Shown: positions 37,937 to 52,460 of the stretch, in pieces | Position numbering within the stretch: position 1 is the stretch's first letter | Layout of the letters: every line of letters begins with the position of its first letter | Assembly (NCBI GenBank): GCA_030141605.1 | Contig: JAQGDQ010000398.1 | Coordinates: 149,415 to 213,414 of the forward strand | DNA: 64,000 bases | Source of the DNA: Tubiluchus corallicola | Taxonomy: Eukaryota; Animalia; Priapulida | Direction of reading: 5' to 3' | Notes under the pieces: model-generated | Database searches by the model: none | What the model was told of the DNA's origin: nothing | What the model saw: only the letters and a program-made list of their open reading frames with translations | Made by a program: the position numbers and the translations under genes

Positions 37937-38927
37937 ACAAAACAAATAAACAAATAAAAGTGAAACCACAAAAAATAAAATACACAGAGAGACAAAAAAT
38001 CTACATATTACTATACAGTAAACTAAGATTATGTACAAATCAAATAATTATAAAGGCACAAATAAAACTTTTATTTCAAGTTATAAGGATGACAATCGTA
38101 GTAAAAATACCTGTTATCATCTTTGGTGCGGTTGTGTAGTTGGTTGATCTCTCTGTCAGTGAGTAACTCCACTATTGTAGAACAGCATCATTGAAACTTC
38201 TCTGGTTAACTACAACATGTTACATCAATTAACGCTTTCACAGTATCATGATGTACGTTACATACCATTTCTTGTGTAAGACCTTCAATTACAGCATTTT
38301 TCTTTAGATAATTCAACTTCACTGATACGAAGAATCAATCCATGTCCTCCATGCCAAGATGTCGTCTGTACACGCTTTTACTACAAATGGCATTTCATTA
38401 TTTTTGCAGCCAGCTTTGTGCCATCTTAATTTTCAACTCGCATGACGTCACTGGCGTCAAACGCGCAAAGCCACCAATAGTAAATACGCTTCAAAATAAA
38501 CAGCAGCTACTGTAATTACAAAGGTGTAACTAGTGTTTTTGCTTAATTAATTATTTTTATGTTGAACAGTTTAGAGTCTAGTTGTGACTGCTGCAGGACC
38601 TCTCAGCAGGTATTTCAATCTTCAGATGCAGGAAACAAGGAGATTCATCTACGGGCTTAATTGAGGGACTACTGTGAGTTACTCCTGCGTTCTTATTATT
38701 AGATGCCTGTTTGTAGGGCAAATGTTAATCTTAAGAGCAGTCCATTGAGGGGAAAAGTGTGGGGAGAAGAACGATTATTTTAAACTTCTAAGTAGAAATG
38801 TTGCACATAACGATGTGAAGTATTAAGCAGCTAAGAGCAAACAGCTAAGGGTAATCCTGTTCCCCTATCCTAGGATCTGCCAACCCAGACGATTTTTTCA
38901 CGTTCTCTGCATGAACGATTCTGTTTT

Positions 38928-41900
38928 GTAAAAATGGAAGGGATGTTCTCTTTCATTGTGATCCCATTTCGTGCTCATTTAGGATGAGATAACAGTTGAT
39001 GAAAAATGGAAGGAATGTTCTCTTTCACTGTGATCCCATTTCTTGCTCATTTAGGATGAGATAATAGTTGATGTAAAAATGGAAGGAATGTTCTCTTTCA
39101 CTGTGATCCCATTTCTTGCTCATTTAGGATGAGATAACAGTTGATGTAAAAATGGAAGGAATGTTTTCTTTCACTGTGATCCCATTTCGTGCTCATTTAG
39201 GGTGAGATAACAGTTGATGTAAAAATGGAAGGAATGTTCTCTTTCAATGTGATCCCATTTCTTGCTCATTTAGTATGAGATAACAGTTGATGTAAAAATG
39301 GAAGGAATGTTCTCTTTCACTGTGATCCCATTTCTTGCTCATTTAGGATGAGATAGCAGTTGATGTAAAAATGGAAGGAATGTTCTCTTTCACTGTGGTG
39401 CCATTTCGTGCTCATTTAGGATGAGATAACAGTTGATGAAAAATGGAAGGAATGTTCTCTTTCAATGTGATCCCATTTCGTGCTCATTTAGGATGAGATA
39501 ACAGTTGATGTAAAATAGAAGGAATGTTCTCTTTCAAATTGATCCCATTTCGTGCTCATTTAGGATGAGATTACAGTTGATGAAAAATGTAAGGAATGTT
39601 TTCTTTCACTATGATCCCATTTCTTGCTCATTTAGGATGAGATAACAGTTGATGTAAAAATGCAAGGAATGTTCTCTTTCACTGTGGTCCCATTTCGTGC
39701 TCATTTAGGATGAGATAATAGTTGATGTAAAAATGGAAGGAATGTTTTCTTTCACTGTGGTCCCATCTCCTGCTCATTTAGGATGAGATAACAGTTGATG
39801 TAAAAATGGAAGGAATGTTTTCTTTCACTGTGATCCCATTTCGTGCTCATTTAGGATGAGATAACAGTTGATGAAAAATGGAAAGAAATGTTCTCTTTCA
39901 CTGAGATCCCATCTCCTGCTCATTTAGGATGAGATAACAGTTGATGAAAAATGGAAGAAATGTTTTCTTTCACTGTGGTCCCATTTCGTGCTCATTTAGG
40001 ATGAGATAACAGTTGATGAAAAATGGAAGAAAGGTTCTCTTTCACTGTGGTCCCATTTCGTGCTCATTTAGGATGAGATAACAGTTGATGAAAAATGGAA
40101 GGAATGTTCTCTTTCGATGTGATCCCATTTCGTGCTCATTTAGGATGAGATAACAGTTGATGTAAAAATGGAAGGAATGTTCTCTTTCACTGTGATCCCA
40201 TTTCTTGCTCATTTAGGATGAGATAGCAGTTGATGTAAAAATGGAAGGAATGTTCTCTTTCACTGTGGTGCCATTTCGTGCTCATTTAGGATGAGATAAC
40301 AGTTGATGAAAAATGGAAGGAATGTTCTCTTTCAATGTGATCCCATTTCGTGCTCATTTAGGATGAGATAACAGTTGATGTAAAATAGAAGGAATGTTCT
40401 CTTTCAAATTGATCCCATTTCGTGCTCATTTAGGATGAGATTACAGTTGATGAAAAATGTAAGGAATGTTTTCTTTCACTATGATCCCATTTCTTGCTCA
40501 TTTAGGATGAGATAACAGTTGATGTAAAAATGCAAGGAATGTTCTCTTTCACTGTGGTCCCATTTCGTGCTCATTTAGGATGAGATAATAGTTGATGTAA
40601 AAATGGAAGGAATGTTTTCTTTCACTGTGGTCCCATTTCGTGCTCATTTAGGATGAGATAACAGTTGATGAAAAATGGAAGGAATGTTCTCTTTCACTGT
40701 GATCCCATTTCTTGCTCATTTAGGATGAGATAACAGTTGATGTAAAAATGGAAGGAATGTTCTCTTTCACTGTGATCCCATTTCTTGCTCATTTAGGATG
40801 AGATAACAGTTGATGTAAAAATGGAAGGAATGTTCTCTTTCAATGTGATCCTATTTCGTGCTCATTTAGGATGAGATAACAGTTGATGAAAAATGGAAGG
40901 AATGTTCTCTTTCACTGTGATCCCATTTCTTGCTCATTTAGGATGAGATAACAGTTGATGTAAAAATGGAAGGAATGTTTTCTTTCACTGTGATCCCATT
41001 TCTTGCTGATTTAGGATGAGATAACAGTTGATGTAAAAATGGAAGGAATGTTCTCTTTCACTGTGGTCCCATTTCGTGCTCATTTAGGATGAGATAACAG
41101 TTCATGAAAAATGGAAGGAATGTTCTCTTTCACTGTGGTCCCATTTCTTGCTCATTTAGGATGAGATAACAGTTGATGTAAAAATGGAAGGAATGTTTTC
41201 TTTCACTGTGATCCCATTTCTTGCTGATTTAGGATGAGATAACAGTTGATGTAAAAATGGAAGGAATGTTCTCTTTCACTGTGGTCCCATTTCGTGCTCA
41301 TTTAGGATGAGATAACAGTTCATGAAAAATGGAAGGAATGTTCTCTTTCACTATGATCCCATTTCTTGCTCATTTAGGATGAGATAACAGTTCATGAAAA
41401 ATGGAAGGAATGTTCTCTTTCAATGTGATCCCATTTCGTGCTCATTTAGGATGAGATAACAGTTGATGTAAAAATGGAAGGAATGTTCTCTTTCACTATG
41501 ATCCCATTTCTTGCTCATTTAGGATGAGATAACAGTTGATGAAAAATGGAAGGAATGTTCTCTTTCACTATGATCCCATTTCGTGCTCATTTAGGATGAG
41601 ATAACAGTTGATGTAAAAATGTAAGGAATGTTCTCTTTCACTGTGATCCAATTTCTTGCTCATTTAGGATGAGATAACAGTTGATGTAAAAATGGAAGGA
41701 ATGTTTTCTTTCACTGTGATCCCATTTCTTGCTGATTCAGGATGAGATAGCGGTTGATGTAAAAATGGAAGGAATGTTCTCTTTCACTGTGGTCCCATTT
41801 CGTGCTCATTTAGGATGAGATAACAGTTCATGAAAAATGGAAGGAATGTTCTCTTTCACTATGATCCCATTTCTTGCTCATTTAGGATGAGATAGCGGTT

Positions 41901-43147
41901 GATGTAAAAATGGAAGGAATGTTCTCTTTCACTGTGGTCCCATTTCGTGCTCATTTAGGATGAGATTACAGTTGATGAAAAATGTAAGGAATGTTCTCTT
42001 TCACTGTGATCCCATTTCTTGCTCATTTAGGATGAGATAACAGTTGATGTAAAAATGGAAGGAATGTTTTCTTTCACTGTGATCCCATTTCGTGCTCATT
42101 TAGGATGAGATAACAGTTGATGAAAAATGGAAGAAATGTTCTCTTTCACTGTGGTCCCATTTCGTGCTCATTTAGGATGAGATAACAGTTGATGAAAAAT
42201 GGAAGGTATGTTCTCTTTCACTGTGGTCCCATTTCGTGCTCATTTAGGATGAGATAACAGTTGATGTAAAAATGGAAGGAATGTTCTCTTTCACTGTGGT
42301 CCCATTTCGTGCTCATTTAGGATGAGATAACAGTTGATGTAAAAATGGAAGGAATGTTTTCTTTCAATGTGGTCCCATTTCGTGCTCATTTAGGATGAGA
42401 TAACAGTTGATGTAAAAATGGAAGGAATGTTTTCTTTCTCTGTGGTCCCATTTCGTGCTCATTTAGTATGAGATAACAGTTGATGTAAAAATGGAAGGAA
42501 TGTTTTCTTTCAATGTGGTCCCATTTCGTGCTCATTTAGGATGAGATAATAGTTGATGTAAAAATGGAAGGAATGTTTTCTTTCTCTGTGGTCCCATTTC
42601 GTGCTCATTTAGTATGAGATAACAGTTGATGTAAAAATGGAAGGAATGTTTTCTTTCAATGTGGTCCCATTTCGTGCTCATTTAGGATGAGATAATAGTT
42701 GATGTAAAAATGGAAGGAATGTTTTCTTTCTCTGTGGTCCCATTTCGTGCTCATTTAGTATGAGATAACAGTTGATGTAAAAATGGAAGGAATGTTTTCT
42801 TTCAATGTGGTCCCATTTCGTGCTCATTTAGGATGAGATAATAGTTGATGTAAAAATGGAAGGAATGTTTTCTTTCACTGTGGTCCCATTTCGTGCTCAT
42901 TTAGTATGAGATAACAGTTGATGTAAAAATGGAAGGAATGTTTTCTTTCAATGTGGTCCCATTTCGTGCTCATTTAGGATGAGATAATAGTTGATGTAAA
43001 AATGGAAGGAATGTTTTCTTTCTCTGTGGTCCCATTTCGTGCTCATTTAGTATGAGATAACAGTTGATGTAAAAATGGAAGGAATGTTTTCTTTCAATGT
43101 GGTCCCATTTCGTGCTCATTTAGTATGAGATGACAGTTGATGTAAAG
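38928..43147. repeat. 72/73-bp satellite array, ~58 copies, 4.2 kb
   Basis: Unit gtaaaaatggaaggaatgttctctttcactgtgatcccatttcgtgctcatttaggatgagataacagttgat, with starts at 38928, 39001, 39073, ... Confidence 0.99.
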
Positions 43148-43756
43148 TCAAGAAAAATATTTGAAAAACGGAGAATTGGAATGACTGTATGTGACTTTTT
43201 CCAAGTGCATTTACGCTATTGTGACTTATCAATTTTAAAGTGCCCTACCCTGACTACAGACAATAATAGATTTGAAATTTCATGCATGTTTGTAACTAGC
43301 ATATACCCCACCCCCTCAGCAATAATGGTTGTGACTAATGACCACCTGTGGTAACTTACTGTGTGCGCAATATAACTCTAATCAAAATAAATTATAATAA
43401 GGTGTAGAACAGATTGAAGATTCGATTTCTACGTCGAATAAATGGTATACGCTATTTAGTATTATACTATTAGAAATTTGTCGAAATATTAAATTACAGT
43501 AGCTGAAAACCATCTGTTTATATGAACAAGTTTATAAAATCAGGTATTTCGTTCCATTTAATATAATTTTCAGTTGTATGTGTGGTTCACGGTACCAAAC
43601 AACTTAGTCGTAGCGTGATACTATCAAAACTCTACTCATATCTGCAAAAAGTAGATGATTTAAATGGATTGTTTATAAAATTAACATTTGCCCTACAAAA
43701 TTTACAGCACAGGTGTAAAGATAAAATTAGTCTACTTATAAACTTTGCAAAGCAAA

Positions 43757-43876
43757 TCCATACTCTATGCAGTTGTGATTCACGCCGATGACGTCATCCA
43801 TACTCTGTGCAGTGATGATTCACGCCGATGACGTCACCATACTCTGTGCAGTGGTGATTCACGCCGATGACGTCAC
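43757..43876. repeat. ~40-bp triple tandem repeat, each unit ending in TGACGTCA
   Basis: ccatactctgtgcagtgatgattcacgccgatgacgtca x3. Confidence 0.92.
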
Positions 43877-45761
43877 GAAGTGGCGCGCACTTGAAAATCA
43901 AGATGGCGGAATGCGATATGTGAGAAGTTTGAAAGTTCAGTAGCTGCTTACTTCTTAAAAAAGCTTGAAATACACTGAGTTGCTTTTCATTTTAAACCTT
44001 GATTTATAACGTGCTTTGATAAGCCTTCTAAACTATGACGTAGTCAGAATTTATTTATTAAACAATTCAGGAAACTAGGACATGATCACTTTTGTGGTTA
44101 AATTTATTGACAGCACAAGAAATAAATTATTTTGCACAGAAAACAAAATTTTCACATTTTTTTAAACAGAATCACACATTTTGCTCTTAAAAAATCAATA
44201 TTACACTTCACTAAAAACTTTAATTCTGCTCACATGTTCTGTTCACGGTTATAGCAAGACTAAACGATGAATGATTTGTTTGAGTTGTCTCGTCCTCGTG
44301 CCACTGAATGTTACGCCTATAAACTGACGTGTTGAGGTTCATCACCATGAAAGCTTTTTAACTCCGCCTCATATTCTTGCGCAATTGCAAAATAGTGCCA
44401 ATAATGTCGCCAAAAATTGAACATTCTGATAAACAAAAAGTTCTTTAACATTTTAATTCAAATCTCACAGCGCAAATCGTCCATCTTGCTGGGAAAAATT
44501 TATAGAAACCTAAATAAAAAGCAATAAATTGTTATAAAATAATACTGAATTTAATTCTGAATTTACTTCGTAGATTTTAATACAGAGCTGCAATTTCAAA
44601 AATGCACAAGACTACAGTAACAATGTTGAAACAAAACAAAAATGTTGAAAATTCTGAATAGACTGCCTGTTTTTTATAATAATGACGTCATAATTATAAA
44701 AAGGCTCCTGCAAACTGAAATATCTAAATCTAGAAGGCATAGATTCCTTGCTGCTGTTACAACATATGAGTAAACAAATTTAGCGCAGTGATATTTAAAT
44801 TTTCACTAGACCTTTATAGTTACTGTTAATATATTTATATAGTTTTTAAACCAGTGTCTGTGGTCATTCTGAATGACTTTGACCTTGAATGTCCTGGAAA
44901 CGTTATTTTGCTAATAAATCGTAAGCATTTTTAATACATTTATGCAGCGTAACATGCTTCCTAGTTGAGTTATTTTGACTTAAATCCCGTGTGGCGGCCA
45001 TTCTGAATGACAATGACCTTAAGTGACCTTGAAAAACAATTTTTCTGATTGACCATATGTGTGTTTATATCAGCTGACAATATAATTATGCCATCCTAAT
45101 TGTTTGTTAGTTGAGTTATTTTGACTTTAATGCAACGTTGGCGTTTTTAAAGTTTATTTCAGTAGATTTTGAATTCTGGACATTATTACAAAAATTCAAA
45201 GGTCTGTGTGTCTGTGAAAACATTCAGCTTTACACTATTTTACTCTGGGTCAAACATTTTTTGGCTAATTTGACTGAACTATTTGCTCACAATACAAGTA
45301 TCAAAATCAAACACTGGAAAATACTCTGTAAGCTATTGAAGCGCATTAGAAAATAGCTTTTCAAGGTTGGTCACACGTGATCAGAATAATCCTGGGAAAA
45401 TTCCTCCAATCAGTTTAGAAAACTGGATAATAATTGTCGGCAATTGCAATCAGTATTAGGCCTTTTGTGAGAAGTTTGAAAATTAAAACTCAAATATTTT
45501 GTACTAAATGTTGATTAAATTAACAGATAATTTCTGCATTGTTTGCAAAGAGTCTCAAGTGATTTATTATAAATAAATATTATGATCGGAATAATGGATC
45601 TGCATTTTCTGTTTTGCTCAGAGCAGGTCAAACAGTGAACATGGTAATAAGACGATAATAATTGGTTAAAATGGCGTGCAAATCTTTTCTCACCACATCT
45701 TCAGTCATTGCGCCATTTTTAATTTGATTGCACTGCAAAATACTTCATATGTGTTTATTAA

Positions 45762-45863
45762 CCCTTTCATACCCGTTGTATCCCGCGGGATACGAGAATA
45801 TTTTCTGCAATTAAATTAATAAAATTTTAAAACTGACAGTTATTTGATCTGTTAATAGTTATT
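45762..45863 (+). mobile_element. Isolated piggyBac left-end fragment (same family as 31153)
   Basis: TTAA|CCCTTTCATACCC followed by ~100 bp closely matching the start of the 31153 element. Confidence 0.88.
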
Positions 45864-45926
45864 GCTTCGTGCCACTAATCCTGCTACTAAGTCTTAGCAA
45901 TTACAAATAAAAGTGGTCCTGGGGAG

Positions 45927-45927
<1 letters not shown>

Positions 45928-45958
<31 letters not shown>

Positions 45959-46047
45959 TTAACAATAATAATAACAACAACAACAGCAACAGCAGCAACA
46001 ACAACAACATTAATAGTAATAATAGCAACAACAACAGCAATAACAAT

Positions 46048-46105
<58 letters not shown>

Positions 46106-46181
46106 GCAGCAACAGCAGCAACAACAACAGCATTAATAATAATAATAATAGCAACAACAACAGCAACAACAACAACAACAA

Positions 46182-46243
<62 letters not shown>

Positions 46244-46285
46244 TTAATAATAATAATAGCAACAACAACAGCAACAACAACAACC
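45928..46285. repeat. (AAC/AAT/AGC)n microsatellite
   Basis: Direct inspection. Confidence 0.97.
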
Positions 46286-48069
46286 AACTCTATCAACAAT
46301 GTCAATGACGATGGCTATGATGAAGCTGGCTGCTGCAAAAAATTTGAGCGACTATGAAGAGGTCAAAACACATTTAGTCCAAAAGGCAAGCATGATAGTA
46401 AAGAGGATGATAATGATGATACTTGATTGTGCCTCTTTATGTTTCCTTCTCCTATACAACGTGTTGTTATGAATGACCAGCGTCCATGGCACGTTGCAGA
46501 GCAGCAACCTTTAGAAATAACTTATTCAAGTCACACGTTCAGTTTTTACACTACAAGAGGTAAAGAAGTTTGCCTGAGGTAACGTTACTATTTACAGAAC
46601 CGACTGCCAGTAAAAATGCAATGAAATTTCTTTACAACCGCCAAGAATTTTTAACCCTGCAGTAAAATATTAACTTGCCTAATAGCTTTCCTACATTGAA
46701 TGACAACAAGAAAAATGTCCTCAATGAGCAAACGAGTAGAATTATTATTCACTTTTAATCAAAACTGATTTTAATACACGAGTTATTACTAAAATACACA
46801 CTCTGTTATCATTAAATTTTCATTATTATATAGATATCAATCTTTATCAACTTATTGAACTTGTAATGTTTGTAAATTTTATATTTTATTTTATAGCTTG
46901 CTGCCTCTATAGCCAGCTTTCGTATCTATGCAACTTGCAGTTCCAGCTGATTGCTGTTCTGGCTTTTTAATTTAGATCTTCCGGTTCACGCATGTTTTGC
47001 AAGTAAACTAGTTCAGAATGCGAAGCATTGAGCTACTCGCATACTGAACTTTTTCTAACTGTTATGTCATTTATATTGTCACTTTACCACTGCTAAAGAT
47101 TGTGTTTTTTGTGAATTCGTCATTTTAGAACATCATTTAGGCGTCATTTTCAATACCAATTACAGTTATCAATAATGTAATCAAATTTTTTTTTGATTAT
47201 GTTAGTTTGTGATGTCATCAATAGTTGGATTCGTTAATTAATATTAATCTATTATTTAATTATCAGAATCGCTTTTGCAGTATAAATTGTGTCAAAAAAT
47301 ATGCTTTTTGTCTAGTTTCAAATGGGGAAGTACAAGAAAAATCATCCTGTCCTCCTTTAATACAAAACAGTTGAACATAAGAAACCACAATGGTTTAATT
47401 GAAGACGCTTAAGCTAAATACAATATGAGATAGTTCAGTTAAGAATTAAAGGAAAAGCCAAGCTTTCTGGAATGTTTGTCTTATTTGGAAGTCTGGGAAA
47501 AAGTTTGAAAGATTTAGTAAGGAAAGGGTTATAAGGGTCTCCTGATAACTCGAATTTCGGACCACTTTCATGTGCAAGACGTCATATTAAAAGAATTGCT
47601 ACTAATTGGACAGAATAGTCCCAAATTGTTACTCTGTTTTGTTACTTTATTACGACACACGCACGATTTTATAGGGGAAACAGATTGACTATTTTAACGA
47701 CTTTAGAGGCCTTAAAGCCTCGTGACTGCTTTTACATCCAACCGCTAATGGTAGCCACACTTCAGTGCTGCTTAATCTCGTTTGTAAACTTTAATTCCAT
47801 GACTGAAAATGAATTTATGAGACAAGAACCTGTTTTTTACTTGGGACAGCAAGCTATTAAAACACAGTGAGATTACAGTCTAGGTAAGAAAAACCTCAGT
47901 CGATAGTTCTGCAAAGAAGCCATGAAAAGTTAAATGATAATTATGCAGCTCATTAATGTAACATTCTCTTACCTAAATAACACAGCTGATGCAACAATTA
48001 TCTACTCAAGTTAACGTTACAAGAAAGATTGCAGGTGTTGATCATAAAAATGCCATTGACCCATAATTA

Positions 48070-48560
48070 GCAATAGCCAATAGCCACTCAACAGAACAAC
48101 AAGTTCTTGGGAAAAAACTGGAAATAGCCACTCAACAAAACAACATGTTCTTGGGGAAAAAACTGGAATCATCTGCTTGCACAACTTTGTCAAGCACCCT
48201 ATAGCAGTAATTATGAACCAAATGAAATTCAGAAACGGGGGGGGGGGGGTATTTTCCACGATCATCAATAACTAATAGTCACTCGACAAAAACTGGAATA
48301 ATCTGCTTGCACAACTTTGTCAAGCACCCTATAGCAGTAACTATGAACCAAATGAGATTCAGAAATAGGTGTGTGTGTGGGGGGGGGGGGTTTCCATGAT
48401 CATCAATAACCAATAGACACTCGACAGAACAACAATTTCTTGGGAAAAAACTGGAATCATCTACTTGCACAACTTTGTCAAATACCCAATAGCAGTAACT
48501 ATGAACCAAATGAGATTTACAGAATCAGAGCAATTTTTCATAATCATCAATAGCCAAAAT
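48070..48560. repeat. Complex tandem duplication (three ~130-160-bp units plus 41-bp subunits, poly-G tracts)
   Basis: aaaactggaatcatctgcttgcacaactttgtcaagcaccctatagcagtaa.tatgaaccaaatga occurs three times. Confidence 0.88.
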
Positions 48561-48900
48561 CTACAAGTAACTTGATAGAACAACAGCACTTAAGACAAAA
48601 ATTAAAATGATGTCTGCTGGACTGCTTCGCCATGGAACTTGTTGCTGTGATTGTTTAAAAACCAAAGGGAAATAATAATCTAAAAGAAGTAGTTCAGCAT
48701 TCTTAAATGTGTTTACAGAAGGAAATGTTGTTTCTCGAATGAAAAGAAATCTGCAAAAATCAACATAAAAACAAAAACTGTTAAAAGAAGACAAATAATT
48801 GCGGCGGCAACAACAATAATGACGACCAAAATAATCACCAAAATAATTACTGGTAGTCTTGTGCTTTCTTTACAAAGAAGCTAGCTGTAGTGGAGATGAC

Positions 48901-48934
<34 letters not shown>

Positions 48935-50456
48935 GCGAAGGCGATCATGACAATACTGAAACAAAATAATACAATGCTTGTTTGTAAAATAGCGCAGTTC
49001 TACATAGAAATGTGAATGGTTCCAGTCGAGGAAGAAAAAACGTTTCTGCATTCAGTGATTACCTGATTCAACTGTGAGAAATCTGCAAGAAATCTACAGA
49101 AATCTAGAACATGCAAATTCGTTTGTTCGTCAGTCAACCGAAAAACATTTAAATTTTACAATGTGCATTACAAAAGCCCATAGTGATGTGACATCTATTG
49201 ATTTTAATTATTATTTTACCAGGAATAGGTTAAACTAGTACTATAAATAAGACTATTAAATTAGTTGTAAAATTTCTTTAATCACAATAATAACGGATTG
49301 GGGAGCGTGAATGCTGGGTATACGAAACACAGGACAAAAGCTTGTCCCTACAAAGTACGAGGATGGAAGAGAAAGATAAATTATTGCTGGCACCGAGCCA
49401 AGATTACAGCTGCAAGATCATCACAGATATTCATAAATATTTGCTCAAAATTTCATGCAAAATAACTATAAAATTTTTGCTGCCAAATTATCGGTGGGGA
49501 AGGGTAATGTCGGTGGAGACTTTATACCACTTACATACTACCTTTTCGTATGCATCGCTTGCCTCGGACATAACGCTGTATAAAACGTGTAAATTTAAAC
49601 TCCAGATGACCGTTAGGTGGAGCCATTTTAATGGTAGGTCTTGCGAAAAAAGTTTTTGTAGCATGAACGTTGCTAATTAAGAAAACTTTTAAATTACTGT
49701 ATCTTGTCAATAAGATTAAAAATACGTTCTTGGCTAGTGAGTGGCGCACCCTGGAGGGTGAGTCAGTGACATTTTAGCAATTGGCACAAACATTTTAAAT
49801 TATTAATCTAGTTATTTAAGTCTATCCAGTTCGTAAGTGAAATGCTAAGTAATATAGATTTGCACGAGTTTTTTAGATCATAATTTAACATTGCCTTTTC
49901 TTCCCCTGATTTACATGGCGTCGGAACAGTTTTGCGGGAGATTTAAAATGAAAACAAACGAAAATTCTTTTCAACGTGGATACGATATGTACATAAAATT
50001 ACTGTAAAGTAGTATAATTTTTCAAGGTGATTTTTCTGAAACCTATTTTAGGTGCCCCTTTTCTTGTCCTTTAAGCGTTCGACCAACATTAGAAGTTGTC
50101 CAGAACAAGCCCAAACCAGTGTCAGTTAATCACCAAATGCACTCAATTAGAACTATACCAGGTGCTTGTTTACTGTTTATACCATGTTCAGAGCAGACTG
50201 TATCACTAAACAAGCTAAGCAGTTAGCTGGGGCAACAAATTTTAGAGGGGCGCCAAATTTTAGAAGTCTCTAATTTTTAAGTTTAGCATAAGTGATAACA
50301 ATTATGAACAATTGTGCTTAATAAACCAAGAGGGCTAGAACATGCACCAATTATAAGCTACCATTATACTTTATAATATTGTCACTACAAATTCAATTTT
50401 GGGGGTATGGTGGAGGCGGCAGCGGGAGAAGGGATTGAGCTTTGAAGGGAGGACCC

Positions 50457-50742
50457 TAAAAATTCTACGTTGAACAGAGGGCGCCAAAAACCGTACGTGG
50501 AAAAGAGGGCGCCAAAAACTCTATGGAAAAGAGGGCCATAAAAATTCTATGTTGAAGAGAGGGCGCCAAAAACTCTACGTGGAAAAAAGGGTGCTAAAAA
50601 TTCTACGTGGAAAAGAGGGCGCTAAAAACTCTACGTGGAAAAGAGGGTGCTAAAAATTCTATGTTAAAGAGAGGGTGCCAAAAACTCTATGTGGAAAAGA
50701 TGACGCCAAATATTCTAGGTGGAAGAGAGGGCGCTAAAAAAT
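50457..50742. repeat. 28/29-bp minisatellite (~10 units), probably within a non-autonomous DNA element
   Basis: Repeated aaaaactctacgtggaaaagagggcgcc-like unit. Confidence 0.9.
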
Positions 50743-50749
50743 TTGTAAA

Positions 50750-51430
50750 TTATAAGCTTTGTACTGACAATTTGAAACTTTACGCTACGTGCAAAGACTA
50801 CCTTCTATCAGTTGACGTCTTTGCGAAGTTCAGTAAATGGTCTGATACCTGGCAACTTTCGGTTGCATCTCATCAATGCACTATTCTTCATTTAGGCCAC
50901 GGAAATCCGTGCCCATGAATATTTGCACGAATTGAAATTTTCTGCATATTGTATGCGACAAAAGGCAAACTCTTTTTTGTATAATTAACATGATTTTCCG
51001 ATGTTTCTTAACAAATAATGTAGATGTTTTAGTGTACATCTAGAGTACTGCACACCAGTTTGGTCCCTGTACCAAGTCCAAGCCACTGACTGCATTGAAA
51101 GGTTTCAGCGTTATTCTACAGGCTTTTTAATCGGTGCTAGTTGGGACACATTCCATATATGATTAGACTAGATGAAACTGGTTTGCAGCCACTCGAAGTG
51201 AGGCGCATTATATGTGATTTAAAAGTGGTGTACAAGATGGTGTATAAATTGGTAGATTTAAGTTTTGAAGATTTCTTCACCTTTGCTCCCACCTTTGCAA
51301 GCACATAACTAAAAAAATTTTTATCAATTATTCTAGGTTGAACTTATATAAATATACCTGACCTCAGTTATGACATTGTCAATTCACCCAGTCTGTGAGT
51401 TTTTAGTAGGAAGTTAAACGAAACTTGCTT
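50750..51430 (+). mobile_element. Decayed CR1-type LINE RT C-terminal fragment
   Basis: TDNLKLY (ADDxKLY-like), WSDTWQL, CTILHLG, LEYCTPVWS, GLQPLEVRRIICDLKVVYKM. Confidence 0.8.
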
Positions 51431-52330
51431 GTTTTAACATTTTAATATTGCAAATTTAATAGATTTCTATAAAACATTGTTACCTTTGTTCAATGATCTC
51501 TCCCAAATTTGATAAATTTCTACTTTGTATATATTTTATTGGTTTTTTTATATAAATTTTATCCAATGTAAACTGATGAATTTTAAAATTACCACTTCGC
51601 AATATAGGCTGACCTAAGAGCTAACATAGCCTGCCAGTCTCATCTTTTATAAAACTACGTATGTATTATATATGTTATCTTTCAGGCTAGCATGGGTACA
51701 GTGAAGCCAGGTGTGGTGATTCTAGAGCGTCATTATTCATTTTTGCATTACCTGTAGAGTTTGTTTGACATGCTTGGCCGCTCTTGTATGAGAGGTTAGA
51801 TAGCCTTAGAGTAGAAAAAAATCCTGTTTTAGTGGTATAGTTGTTGTGAGGTCAGTATGCCACTGTTGTAAAATCAGTATGTCTCTGTTGATTTCTGAAG
51901 ACAGGCTTAAAGTTTTTTTCTACAGATCCTCAAACGTTTGTAAGTTCATGTGTTTCTTCATTTTTATGCAGAGCTTTGGAGTAATTTATTTGTCAGCTTA
52001 ATAGTTTCTAATAATGTTACGGTGATGCCTAATTATTAATTTTTGCAACTGCATATGCGTGTTTTTGTGTAGGCGTACATGTTGATTTGTGATATGCCAG
52101 GAAGCTTATTTATTAGTAAATTCTGCTTCAGTATGTTTGTTAATTTGCTCATGCTTGTTCCTTTCTTTTTATTTTTTGCACGTCTGTTATTGATTTATTT
52201 TTGTTTGATGTTCTTTTTTTCTTGTTTCTATTGCAGTTTCACCTTTTAACAATGAGTGGAAAATAGAATAGCCAGTTTTCTACAATATATGTTCTTAATA
52301 AATAATGATAAATTAATAAATTAGCAAAGT

Positions 52331-52460
52331 GCGATAAACCTGCGTCCTTGGTCGAAGAACCAGCGGTGCCATTTTTGAGTCTTTTGTACGACTCGGCCTG
52401 GAGTTGAATCCGTGACCTCCCAGGTGGGATGCAAGCACTATTGAGCTACGCCACCCCGGT
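52331..52460 (-). mobile_element. tRNA-derived SINE (5' head)
   Basis: Minus strand has A-box-like tggcgtagctcaatag and B-box-like ggattcaactcc followed by a ccgagtcgtacaaaagactcaaaaatggcac body; no complete cloverleaf. Confidence 0.65.

Noticed and set aside
37581-38038. (LFYSI)n ORFs
   Set aside because: Pentanucleotide microsatellite translations.
38928-43147. CRISPR array or hammerhead-ribozyme satellite
   Set aside because: Units are contiguous near-identical monomers without unique spacers, and no cas genes are present. The minus strand has CUAAAUGAG..CGAAA, which does not fit CUGANGA and lacks a stem II.
45894-46308. Poly-Asn/Leu/Val ORFs
   Set aside because: Trinucleotide microsatellite translations.
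52390-52460. tRNA gene on the minus strand
   Set aside because: A and B boxes are degenerate, no full cloverleaf, and it continues into a SINE-type body.
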